Source: Nitrosovibrio sp. Nv4 (GTDB lineage Bacteria; Pseudomonadota; Gammaproteobacteria; Burkholderiales; SG8-39). Taken from it: 64,000 nt of DNA. The position numbers and the translations under genes were made by a program. The DNA lies in NCBI GenBank assembly GCA_945906765.1, contig CAMDRF010000001.1:12958-76957 (forward strand). The letters are read 5' to 3'. Positions 21,243-29,514 of this stretch are shown here, piece after piece. A model generated the notes under the pieces. That model had not been told where the DNA came from. It saw nothing but the letters and a program-made list of their open reading frames with translations, and searched no databases. Position 1 is the stretch's first letter; each line of letters opens with the position of its first letter.

Positions 21243-21515
21243 ATGGCCGATCCGAATTCGCCGCAGAACCCGTTCGAGATGTTCCAGCGCTTGTGGGGCC
21301 CGCTGGGCGTACCCGTGCCCGGCATGACGATGCCGACCTTGGATCCGAAGGAAATCGACAAGCGTGTCCAGGAGCTGAAATCGGTGGAAATGTGGTTGTC
21401 GATGAACCTGAACATGCTGCGCACCGCGATCCAGGGCCTCGAAATGCAGAAGGCGGGGCTCACCGCGATGCAGCAGGCGATGCAGATGGGCATGCCGCAG
21501 GACAACAAACCGTAA
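21243..21515 (+). CDS. PhaM-family N-terminal-domain-only protein (PHA granule-associated regulator-like)
   Basis: 90 aa: ...FQRLWGPLGVPVPGMTMPTLDPKEIDKRVQELKSVEMWLSMNLNMLRTAIQGLEMQKA... resembles the PhaM N-terminal region (recollection). The lysine-rich tail is absent. Confidence 0.45.
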   Translation: MADPNSPQNPFEMFQRLWGPLGVPVPGMTMPTLDPKEIDKRVQELKSVEMWLSMNLNMLRTAIQGLEMQKAGLTAMQQAMQMGMPQDNKP

Positions 21516-21530
21516 CCAGGAGGCCAGGCA

Positions 21531-22502
21531 ATGGCAAAAGCTGTTCGGTACCACAAGCAGGGCGGACCCGAGGTCATGCAGTACGAAGACGTTCCGGTCG
21601 GCGACCCGGGGCAGGGGCAGGTGCGCATCCGGCATACGGCGATCGGCGTCAATTTTGTCGATACCTACCAGCGCTCCGGCCTGTATCCGATGCAGCTGCC
21701 GCAGGTGGCGGGCAACGAAGGCGCGGGCGTGGTGGATGCGGTCGGCGCGGGCGTGACCGACCTGAAAGCCGGCGACCGCGTCGCCTATACCGGCTTGTCG
21801 GGCTCGTATTGCGAGATGCGCCTCGTGCCGGCGGACCGGATGGTCAAGCTGCCGCAGGGCATCAGCGACGAGCAGGCCGCTTCCATGATGTTGAAGGGCC
21901 TGACGGTGCATTACCTGATCCACACCACCTACCCGGTGAAAAAGGGCGAGACGGTGCTCTGGCACGCCGCGGCCGGCGGCGTCGGCCTGATCGCCTGCCA
22001 ATGGCTCAAGGCGCTGGGCGTCGTCACCATCGGCACCGCGGGATCGGACGAAAAGACCGCGCTCGCCAAGGCCCACGGCGCCGACCACGTGATCAACTAC
22101 TCCACGGAAAAATTCGTCGATCGCGTCAAGGCGATCACCGGCGGCAAGGGCGTGCCCGTGGTCTACGATTCGGTCGGCAAAACCACCTGGGAAGGCACGC
22201 TCGATTGCCTGAGCCCGCGCGGCCTCGTCGTGTCGTTCGGCAACGCATCAGGCCCGGTGGCGCCGGTGAACCTGGGGATCCTCTCCACCAAGGGCTCGCT
22301 CTACGTCACGCGCCCGACGCTCGCCACGCACATCGCCAGCCGCGCCGACCTGGTCGAGCGTTCGAACTCGCTGTTCGACATCGTCAAATCCGGCAAGGTA
22401 AAAATCGAGACCACGGCGAAGTACAAGCTAGCCGACGCGCAGCAGGCGCACCGCGACCTGGAATCGCGCAAGACCACCGGGTCCGTGATCCTCACGCCCT
22501 GA
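21531..22502 (+). CDS. qor: NADPH:quinone oxidoreductase (zeta-crystallin type MDR)
   Basis: 323 aa with the medium-chain dehydrogenase fold and nucleotide motif AAAGGVG. Confidence 0.85.
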   Translation: MAKAVRYHKQGGPEVMQYEDVPVGDPGQGQVRIRHTAIGVNFVDTYQRSGLYPMQLPQVAGNEGAGVVDAVGAGVTDLKAGDRVAYTGLSGSYCEMRLVPADRMVKLPQGISDEQAASMMLKGLTVHYLIHTTYPVKKGETVLWHAAAGGVGLIACQWLKALGVVTIGTAGSDEKTALAKAHGADHVINYSTEKFVDRVKAITGGKGVPVVYDSVGKTTWEGTLDCLSPRGLVVSFGNASGPVAPVNLGILSTKGSLYVTRPTLATHIASRADLVERSNSLFDIVKSGKVKIETTAKYKLADAQQAHRDLESRKTTGSVILTP

Positions 22503-22520
22503 GGGCGGGGAGTCGCGCCG

Positions 22521-23123
22521 TTGACGCTGGAGGAACTTCGGCGGCGCTTCGCCGGGGCCGCGCCGCACTCTGAATTCCTCTATGGCGACGAGGGCACCCG
22601 GCCGGGGCGCGAAGCGCTCACCCCGGCCTCGGTTCTGATTCCGATCGTGGCGCGCGAGCCGGCCGGGGGCGCTGGCCTCACGGTGATCTTCACTCGGCGC
22701 GCCGCCCACCTGAAGGACCACTCCGGCCAGGTCAGCTTTCCCGGCGGGCGCGCCGCGGCCGGCGACTCTTCCGCCGAAGCGACCGCGCTGCGCGAAACGC
22801 GCGAGGAAATCGGGCTCGACAGCGCTCGCGTCGAGCTGCTCGGACGGCTGGCGGACTACCACACGCGCACCGGTTACCTCGTCACCCCGGTCGTGGGCGT
22901 GGTCGCGCCGCCCTTCGAACTGACGGCGGACGCCAACGAAGTGGATGAGATCTTCGAGGTGCCGCTCGTGTTCCTGCTCGACCCCGCCAACCACCAGCGC
23001 CAGTCGCGCGAGTGGCAGGGCGAGCTGCGCTGGTTTTTCTCCATGCAGTATGAGCGCCACACCATTTGGGGCGCGACCGCCGGCATGCTGGTGAACCTCG
23101 CGCGCCATCTGTCGCATGGTTGA
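22521..23123 (+). CDS. CoA pyrophosphatase (Nudix)
   Basis: Nudix box GGRAAAGDSSAEATALRETREEIGL and a preceding HSGQVSFPGG motif typical of NudL-type enzymes. TTG start. Confidence 0.8.
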   Translation: MTLEELRRRFAGAAPHSEFLYGDEGTRPGREALTPASVLIPIVAREPAGGAGLTVIFTRRAAHLKDHSGQVSFPGGRAAAGDSSAEATALRETREEIGLDSARVELLGRLADYHTRTGYLVTPVVGVVAPPFELTADANEVDEIFEVPLVFLLDPANHQRQSREWQGELRWFFSMQYERHTIWGATAGMLVNLARHLSHG

Positions 23124-23168
23124 TACCGAGCATGGTTGATACCGAGCATGGTTGATACCGAGCACGGT
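23115..23168. repeat. 16-bp tandem repeat, 3 perfect copies plus a partial copy
   Basis: CATGGTTGATACCGAG occurs 3 times (23115-23162), then CACGGT... The first copy contains the last codons and the TGA of the Nudix gene. Confidence 0.95.
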
Positions 23169-23182
23169 AGACTCTAGCGATC

Positions 23183-24088
23183 ATGGGAGTCCTCGCGATC
23201 ATCGCCGCGCTGGTGCTTGAGCAGTGGCGCCCGCTCAGCGACCGCAAGGCGGTGGCGGGCGCGCTGACGGCCTGGGCCGATTGGCTGGAGCGCACGTTCA
23301 ACGCCGGCGAATCGCGCCATGGCACGATTGCCTGGATCATCGCGGTGCTCGCGCCCGTGGCCGCGGCGCTCGTGCTCTACACGCTGCTCGCGTGGCTGAA
23401 CCCGTTCGCCGCGCTGCTGCTAAACATCGCCGCGCTCTACCTCACGCTCGGCTTCCGCCAGTTCAGCCATTACTTCACCGGCATCCAGTCCGCGATCCGC
23501 GATGGCGATACTGACCGCGCACGGCAATTGCTCGGCGCCTGGCGCGGTGAATCCGCGACGCACCGCAGCCGCGAAGAGGTGATCCGCCTCGCCGTCGAGG
23601 AGGCGATCGCCGCCTCGCACCGCAACGTGTTCGCGGTGCTGTTCTGGTTCGTGGTGCTGCCGGGCCCGAGTGGCGCGATCCTTTACCGCATGGCGGTGTT
23701 CCTCGACCGGCGCTGGGGCGGCAAGGGCGCGTTCGGCGGCTGCGCCCGAAAGGTGCACCTCGCGCTGGAATGGCCCGCGGCGCGCCTCACCGCCTTCGCC
23801 TTCGCGGTGGTCGGCGATTTCGAAGACGCGATCTACTGCTGGCGCACGCAGGCCGCCGCCTGGCCCGATCCGAACCTGGGCATCGTGCTCGCCGCGGGCG
23901 CGGGCGCGCTGGGCGTGAAGCTGGGCATGCCGCTCACCGAAGTCGAGGGCCTTCAGCCGCGGCCCGAACTGGGCCTGGGCGATGCCGCAGATGCGCCACA
24001 CCTGGACAGCACCGTGGGCCTGCTGTGGCGCTCGCTGGTGCTGTGGGTGTTCGTGCTGATCATCCTGTCGGTGGCCCGGGTCTTCTGA
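23183..24088 (+). CDS. CobD/CbiB family (AmpE-like) membrane protein
   Basis: 301 aa, multi-TM, with the family pattern ...RNVFAVLFWFVVLPGPSGAILYRM... Confidence 0.7.
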   Translation: MGVLAIIAALVLEQWRPLSDRKAVAGALTAWADWLERTFNAGESRHGTIAWIIAVLAPVAAALVLYTLLAWLNPFAALLLNIAALYLTLGFRQFSHYFTGIQSAIRDGDTDRARQLLGAWRGESATHRSREEVIRLAVEEAIAASHRNVFAVLFWFVVLPGPSGAILYRMAVFLDRRWGGKGAFGGCARKVHLALEWPAARLTAFAFAVVGDFEDAIYCWRTQAAAWPDPNLGIVLAAGAGALGVKLGMPLTEVEGLQPRPELGLGDAADAPHLDSTVGLLWRSLVLWVFVLIILSVARVF

Positions 24089-24377
24089 GCGCGCCGCATT
24101 TCCAGCACTGGGTGAATTGAGGCCCGGAGCTTTCGCCGCAGTCTTCGCAGTTCCAGTCCGGCCCGGTGGGCGCGGGTCGGCGCAGCACAGCGAACGCGCA
24201 CGGTGCGTCTTCGTCGTTCACTAGCCAGACCTCGGCCTGGCATTCGGCGGGCGGCAGTTCACCCATTGCCGACGAGAGAAATTCATTGCGTACTTCCGCG
24301 TCTATTCCTTCCGCGGCGAGAAGGTTCTTCGCGTGATGGACCGCGACGCGATCGAAAGAGCTGAATACGCGCCTCAA
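24060..24377 (-). CDS. DUF2007-type putative signal-transducing protein with a C-terminal zinc ribbon
   Basis: N-terminal region VAVHHAKNLLAAEGIDAEVRNE..., C-terminal CEDCG...CWKCG. Confidence 0.55.
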   Translation of the reverse strand: MRRVFSSFDRVAVHHAKNLLAAEGIDAEVRNEFLSSAMGELPPAECQAEVWLVNDEDAPCAFAVLRRPAPTGPDWNCEDCGESSGPQFTQCWKCGALRRPGPPTG

Positions 24378-24387
24378 GAGCTGCGCA

Positions 24388-24717
24388 TCATGGCTGGATC
24401 AGTGCGTCCGCCTTGGCGGCGCAGATGAAGTCGTTCTCCGACAATCCGCCGACGGCGTGGGTCGAGTATTCAACGCGGCACTTGTTGTAGCTGACCTGCA
24501 GGTCGGGGTGATGGTCTTCGCGGTGCGAGATCCAGGCGAGCGCGTTCACGAAGGCCATGGTTTCGTAGTAGTTCTTGAACGGATAGAGCTTCACCAGCTT
24601 GCCGTCCTCCACGATCCAGGCTTTGAGCTGCTTCAGCATTTCCCTCGTCTGCTCCGCGTCGTACGGCACGGTGCCGCCTTCGCAGGGCTTGCAGTGCTTT
24701 GTCACGAGACCGGTCAT
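24388..24717 (-). CDS. phhB: pterin-4-alpha-carbinolamine dehydratase
   Basis: MTGLVTKHCKPCEGG...FVNALAWISHREDHHPDLQVSYNKCRVEYSTH. Only the last 109 codons of the 517-aa track ORF are genuine. Confidence 0.85.
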   Translation of the reverse strand: MTGLVTKHCKPCEGGTVPYDAEQTREMLKQLKAWIVEDGKLVKLYPFKNYYETMAFVNALAWISHREDHHPDLQVSYNKCRVEYSTHAVGGLSENDFICAAKADALIQP

Positions 24718-25958
24718 GCAGCCCTCAATCTTGCTATCCGGGTTGCAGCCGGGGGATGCGAATCGTAGAACGCCGAATGCAGCGGATCCGGCGTCAGCGT
24801 CGAAGCGTTGTCGCGGTACAGTTTTACGAGCGCCTGAACGAGATCTTCCGCGTTTGAGTGCTGCGCCGCATAACCGTCCGCTTCGAACTCGTTCTTGCGG
24901 GAAAACAACGTCGTCACCGGTTGCAGGAAAAACATGAACTCGGGAAGGACTAGCATGAACAGCAGCAGCGCGACGGCAAGCGTCTGCGTTGTCACACCCA
25001 GGCCGGCGTAGAACCACGCCTGGCCGACGAGGACGCCGAGGACGTAGAGCATGATGAAGCTGACAGCCCAGCTCAACAGCATGCCTTTCACGATATGGTG
25101 CAACTTGAAGTGCCCCAGCTCGTGCGCGAGTACCGCTTCGACTTCGGCCGGCTGCAGGCGGCCGATCAGGGTGTCGAACAGCACGATGCGCTTCGCCGCG
25201 CCGAAGCCGGAAAAGTAGGCGTTGCCATGGGCCGAGCGTTTCGAGCCGTCCATGACGAACAAACCGCGCGACTTGAATCCGCAGCGCGCCAGCAGCCGCT
25301 GCATGCGCTCCACCAGCACGGGATCCTCGAGAGGGGAAAACTTGTTGAACAGAGGCATCACGAACGCGGGCACGATCATTTGCAGAATCATCGTGTAGCC
25401 GACGACAACCGCCCAGACATAGAGCCACCAAAGCCCGCCCGCCGCCGACATCAGCCAAAGCACCGCCAGAAGCAAGGGAGTTCCAAGGATGGCAACCACC
25501 GCCGTCGACTTCACCAGGTCGGCGAGGAACAGCTGCCAGGTCATTTTGTTGAAGCCGAATTTTTCCTCGATGACGAAGATCCGGTAGACGCTGGCGGGAA
25601 GTTCGAGCGCGCCGCGCGCGAGCAGCACGGACACGATCAACGCTGCGCCATGCCAAAGCGAGTCCGTGGGCAGCCAGCGGCTCCATAGCTCGACGATCGC
25701 CTGCAGCAAGCCGCCCAGTGTCAACGCCAGCAACACTGCTGCGTCCAGTACGGCATCGACGATTCCGAGTCTGACTTTCGCTATGGTGTAGTCGGCCGCT
25801 TTTTGGTGGGCGGCCAGGGTTATGGCGCTGGTAAAGGAATCGGGCACCGCGCCGCGGTGTGCGCTCACGTGGCGCGACTGGCGCGCCGCCAGCCATAGGC
25901 GCATGCCGACCGCCAGCGCGAGGGCGACGAGGAACAGCCATGTAAAAGCGTTGCTCAT
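24714..25958 (-). CDS. M48 family (Ste24-like) zinc metallopeptidase
   Basis: Start MSNAFTWLFLVALALAV..., multiple TM helices and the HEXXH motif HELGHFKLHH. Confidence 0.85.
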   Translation of the reverse strand: MSNAFTWLFLVALALAVGMRLWLAARQSRHVSAHRGAVPDSFTSAITLAAHQKAADYTIAKVRLGIVDAVLDAAVLLALTLGGLLQAIVELWSRWLPTDSLWHGAALIVSVLLARGALELPASVYRIFVIEEKFGFNKMTWQLFLADLVKSTAVVAILGTPLLLAVLWLMSAAGGLWWLYVWAVVVGYTMILQMIVPAFVMPLFNKFSPLEDPVLVERMQRLLARCGFKSRGLFVMDGSKRSAHGNAYFSGFGAAKRIVLFDTLIGRLQPAEVEAVLAHELGHFKLHHIVKGMLLSWAVSFIMLYVLGVLVGQAWFYAGLGVTTQTLAVALLLFMLVLPEFMFFLQPVTTLFSRKNEFEADGYAAQHSNAEDLVQALVKLYRDNASTLTPDPLHSAFYDSHPPAATRIARLRAA

Positions 25959-25976
25959 GCCATGAGAGAATAAGGC

Positions 25977-26522
25977 ATGGCGGCGGATTCCAACAACCTG
26001 ATCTGGCTCGACATGGAAATGACCGGCCTGGTGCCGGAAACCGACCGCGTCATCGAGATCGCGGTGGTGGTGACGGATTCGCAGTTGAACCTGATCGCCG
26101 AAGGCCCGGTGCTGGTGGTGCACCAACCCGACGAAGTGCTCGCCGCGATGGATTCCTGGAACCGCTCGGTGCACGCCAAGTCGGGCCTGGTGGAGAAGGT
26201 CAAGGCCTCGCGCCTGGACGAGGCAACTGTTGAGCGCCAGACGATCGAATTCCTCAAGCAGCACGTACCCGCCGGCGTCTCGCCGATGTGCGGCAACTCC
26301 ATCTGCCAGGACCGCCGCTTCCTCGCGCGCTGGATGCCGAAGCTGGAAACGCATTTCCTGTACCGCAACCTCGACGTCTCAACGCTGAAGGAGCTGGTCA
26401 AGCGCTGGAAGCCGGAAATCGTCAAGGGGTTGAAGAAGGAAGGCAAGCACGAAGCCCTCGCCGACATCTACGAGTCGATCGAGGAGCTGAAGTACTACCG
26501 CAAGCAGGTAATGACGATCTAG
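25977..26522 (+). CDS. orn: oligoribonuclease
   Basis: [12 protein letters not shown]... DEDDh exonuclease motifs, 181 aa. Confidence 0.95.
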   Translation: MAADSNNLIWLDMEMTGLVPETDRVIEIAVVVTDSQLNLIAEGPVLVVHQPDEVLAAMDSWNRSVHAKSGLVEKVKASRLDEATVERQTIEFLKQHVPAGVSPMCGNSICQDRRFLARWMPKLETHFLYRNLDVSTLKELVKRWKPEIVKGLKKEGKHEALADIYESIEELKYYRKQVMTI

Positions 26523-27493
26523 TCCGCTGCAATTCCGGCCTGCTTGAACAGGCGCGCGTATTTCGCCAGTTGATCCGTCGTCGCCTTGCGCAGTTCCTCG
26601 GAGGAGGAGCCGCGTGGCGTCAGTCCCTGCAGCGCCAGCTTGTCGCGCACGTCCGGGTCGGCGAGCGCCTTCACTACTTCGGCGTGCAGGCGCGCGACGA
26701 TGTCCTTCGGCGTGCCGGCGGGCGCCACAATCGCGAACCAGGAATTAAAGGTGAAGCCGGGCAGCCCGGACTCCGACACCGTCGGCACGTCCGGGAACTG
26801 CGGATGGCGCGCCGGCGTGCCGACGCCGATCAATTTCATCTTGCCGCCGCGCACCAGCGTGGCCACAGTGGCGAGGCCCTGCATGGCGACCGGCACCTGG
26901 CCCGCGGCAACGTCGATCGCCGCCTGCGTCGCGCCCTTGTAGGGCACGTGCGTGAGCGAGATGCCCGCACTCGATGCGAACAGCGCCATGGCGATGTGCT
27001 GCGGGCTGCCGTTGCCGCCCGAGGCGTAGTTGATCGTGCCTGGGCTCGATTTGGCGGCAGCGATCAGATCCGCGGCATTGGCGTAGGGCGCGCCGTTGCT
27101 CGCCACCAAGCCCCACTCCACGGTCGCCACCAGCGAAACGGGGTCGAAATCCTTCAGGATGTCCCAGGGCATCTTCGTGTGCAGGTTCGGCACCATGGTC
27201 ATGACGCTGTCGTTGAACCCGCCGATGGTGTAGCCGTCGGGCGCCGATTTGGCGACGCGCTCGGCGCCGATCAGGCCGGCGGCGCCGGGTACGTTCTCGA
27301 CCGCGATCGCGCCCTTAATATTGTCCGCCATGCGCTGCGCCACGATGCGTGCAGCGTTGTCCACCGCGCTCGCCGCCGCGAGCGGGACGATCATGCGAAT
27401 CGGCCTTGAAGGATAGTTCTGGGAAAAAACATGGGAGGAAAAAAGCAATACGGCAAACGCGGCAACAACTCTCAAGAAACCTCCACGATGCAC
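26519..27493 (-). CDS. Bug family tripartite tricarboxylate transporter substrate-binding protein
   Basis: Signal peptide followed by [19 protein letters not shown] and the ...[10 protein letters not shown]... family signatures. Confidence 0.85.
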   Translation of the reverse strand: MHRGGFLRVVAAFAVLLFSSHVFSQNYPSRPIRMIVPLAAASAVDNAARIVAQRMADNIKGAIAVENVPGAAGLIGAERVAKSAPDGYTIGGFNDSVMTMVPNLHTKMPWDILKDFDPVSLVATVEWGLVASNGAPYANAADLIAAAKSSPGTINYASGGNGSPQHIAMALFASSAGISLTHVPYKGATQAAIDVAAGQVPVAMQGLATVATLVRGGKMKLIGVGTPARHPQFPDVPTVSESGLPGFTFNSWFAIVAPAGTPKDIVARLHAEVVKALADPDVRDKLALQGLTPRGSSSEELRKATTDQLAKYARLFKQAGIAAD

Positions 27494-27915
27494 TCGATCT
27501 CGACGGGAATGCCCATCGGCAGCGAACCCATGCCGACCGCGGAACGCGCGTGCTTGCCGGCCTCGCCGAGGACTTCGACGAACAGGTCCGAGCAGCCGTT
27601 GATCACCTTCGGATGGTCGGTGAATTCGGGCGCCGCGTTCACCATGCCGAGCACCTTTACGACCCGCTTCACCTTGTCGAGGCTGCCGAGCTCGGCCTTC
27701 ATCACAGCCAGCAGGGCGAGCCCGACGGCGCGCGCGTGCTGGTAACCTTGCTCTACCGAGAATTCGAGCCCGAGCTTGCCTTTCACAGATCCAGGACCTT
27801 TACCTGAAAGAAAAAGCAGGTTGCCGGTGCGCACGGCATTGACGTAGTTCGCCATCGGCGGCGTCACGGGCGCCAGGGCGATGCCCAGTTCTTTCAGGCG
27901 TTTTTCGGCGCTCAT
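27472..27915 (-). CDS. RidA/YjgF family protein
   Basis: 147 aa: ...GNLLFLSGKGP...[11 protein letters not shown]-terminal pattern. Confidence 0.8.
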   Translation of the reverse strand: MSAEKRLKELGIALAPVTPPMANYVNAVRTGNLLFLSGKGPGSVKGKLGLEFSVEQGYQHARAVGLALLAVMKAELGSLDKVKRVVKVLGMVNAAPEFTDHPKVINGCSDLFVEVLGEAGKHARSAVGMGSLPMGIPVEIECIVEVS

Positions 27916-29303
27916 TCGAGGGGCACCACTTTGCCGGGGTTCATGAGGCCTTCCGGGTCGAAGACTTTCTTGATGTCGCGCATCAGGTCCATCATGTCAT
28001 CGCCCAGCTCCATGCGCATCGAACCCATCTTGCCCATGCCGATGCCGTGCTCGCCGGTGCAGGTGCCTTCCATTTTCAGCGCGCGCTCGATCAGGCGCTT
28101 GTTGAACTGCTTGGCGAGCTCGGTCTGCTCGGGTTTGTCCGGGTCCACCAGCAGCATGAGGTGGAAGTTGCCGTCGCCGATGTGACCGAGCAGCGGCACC
28201 GGATTGATGTAGTCCTTCATGTCTTCCATGGTCTCGCGCACGCACTCGGCGAGGCGCGAGATCGGCACGCAGACGTCGGTCGAGACCGCGCGCGCGCCGG
28301 GCGTCAACTGCAGGCAGGCGAAGTAGGCGTTGTGACGCGCATCCCAGAGCGCGGTGCGTTCCTCGGCCTTGGTCGCCCAGATGAAATCCATGCCGCCATT
28401 TTCCTTCGCGATCGCCTGCACTGTTTCGGCCTGTTCCACTACAGATGTTTTTGTTCCATGAAATTCAAAAAAAACAGTGGGCGCGACACGGTAGCTGGTT
28501 TTCTTGTACTTGTTGATCGCGCCCACGGTCTTTTCGCAGACGATGTCGCAGCGCGCGATCGGCACGCCGGCCTGAATGGTCTGGATCACGGTGTTGGTGC
28601 AGCCGTCCACCGATTCGAAGGCGCAGACCGCCGCCGACATGGCTTCCTGCACCGGGTAGAGGCGTACCGTGACCTCGGTGATGATCCCCAGCGTGCCCTC
28701 GGAGCCGACGAACAGGCGCGTCAGGTCATAGCCCGCGGCCGATTTCTTCGCGCGGCGCGAGGTCTGGATGATGCGGCCATCCGCCAACACCACCTTGAGG
28801 GAGATCACGTTCTCGCGCATCGTGCCGTAGCGCACGGCGTTGGTGCCGGAGGCGCGCGTCGCCGCCATGCCGCCGAGCGTCGCGTCCGCGCCCGGGTCCA
28901 CCGGAAAGAACAGGCCCGTGTGCTTGATATGTTCGTTCAGCTGCTTGCGCGTCACGCCGGCCTGGACCACGGCGTCCAGATCGGATTCATGCACTGCCAG
29001 CACTTTGTTCATCTGCGAGAGGTCGATGCACACGCCGCCCTGCACCGCGAGGATGTGGCCTTCGAGCGAAGTACCGACGCCGTAGGGAATCATCGGCACC
29101 CGGTGCGTACGGCAGATATTGACCACGTCACGGACTTCTTCGGTGGTATGCAGGAATACGACCACGTCCGGCAGGGCGTACGGGAAGTAGGACTCGTCCT
29201 TGCCGTGGTGCTCGCGCACCGGGGGCGAGGTGGAGACGCGCTCGCCGAGCAGGGCTTTCAGCTCGGCGACGACTGATTGATCAAATTCGCGGGCTTTGTT
29301 CAT
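27912..29303 (-). CDS. FAD-linked oxidase (GlcD/D-lactate dehydrogenase-like)
   Basis: 463 aa with an FAD_binding_4 N-domain (PYGVGTSLEGH) and a C-terminal FAD-oxidase domain (GTCTGEHGIG). Confidence 0.85.
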   Translation of the reverse strand: MNKAREFDQSVVAELKALLGERVSTSPPVREHHGKDESYFPYALPDVVVFLHTTEEVRDVVNICRTHRVPMIPYGVGTSLEGHILAVQGGVCIDLSQMNKVLAVHESDLDAVVQAGVTRKQLNEHIKHTGLFFPVDPGADATLGGMAATRASGTNAVRYGTMRENVISLKVVLADGRIIQTSRRAKKSAAGYDLTRLFVGSEGTLGIITEVTVRLYPVQEAMSAAVCAFESVDGCTNTVIQTIQAGVPIARCDIVCEKTVGAINKYKKTSYRVAPTVFFEFHGTKTSVVEQAETVQAIAKENGGMDFIWATKAEERTALWDARHNAYFACLQLTPGARAVSTDVCVPISRLAECVRETMEDMKDYINPVPLLGHIGDGNFHLMLLVDPDKPEQTELAKQFNKRLIERALKMEGTCTGEHGIGMGKMGSMRMELGDDMMDLMRDIKKVFDPEGLMNPGKVVPLE

Positions 29304-29307
29304 GGAA

Positions 29308-29514
29308 TTATTTTAGTCTGATCTCGCCATCGAAGGGCACCCTGAGCCCGAGTGAAGGGATCTCGAGCGTGACCTTCGCAGCCAGGGTTTCGCCGCCTTT
29401 GAGGCGCTGCGATTCGAGCGCCTTTTGCACTGCCTGCTCGATCTCGCGCTGCGAGCCGATGCCGACCATTTTCAGGAACTTGCGGATGCTGAGATTGAAG
29501 ATTTCCTGGTCCAT
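29308..29514 (-). CDS. DUF6494 family small protein
   Basis: MDQEIFNLSIRKFLKMVGIGSQREIEQAV... (68 aa). The ATG overlaps the pgi stop (TAATG). Confidence 0.6.
   Translation of the reverse strand: MDQEIFNLSIRKFLKMVGIGSQREIEQAVQKALESQRLKGGETLAAKVTLEIPSLGLRVPFDGEIRLK

Noticed and set aside
23115-23168. Possible CRISPR array
   Set aside because: The repeats are directly tandem with no spacers, the unit is only 16 bp, and no cas genes are nearby.
24718-25941. Upstream 408 codons of the 517-aa ORF 24388-25941 (minus strand)
   Set aside because: This is an out-of-frame read-through across the M48 peptidase gene. Only the last 109 codons (the PCD/PhhB sequence) show a real protein pattern.
25956-25979. 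Inverted repeat CATGCC...GGCATG containing the start codons of the divergent M48 and orn genes (18 bp apart)
   Set aside because: The 6-bp arms are largely a consequence of two opposed ATG-plus-Ala/Ser codons. This is too short to claim an operator.
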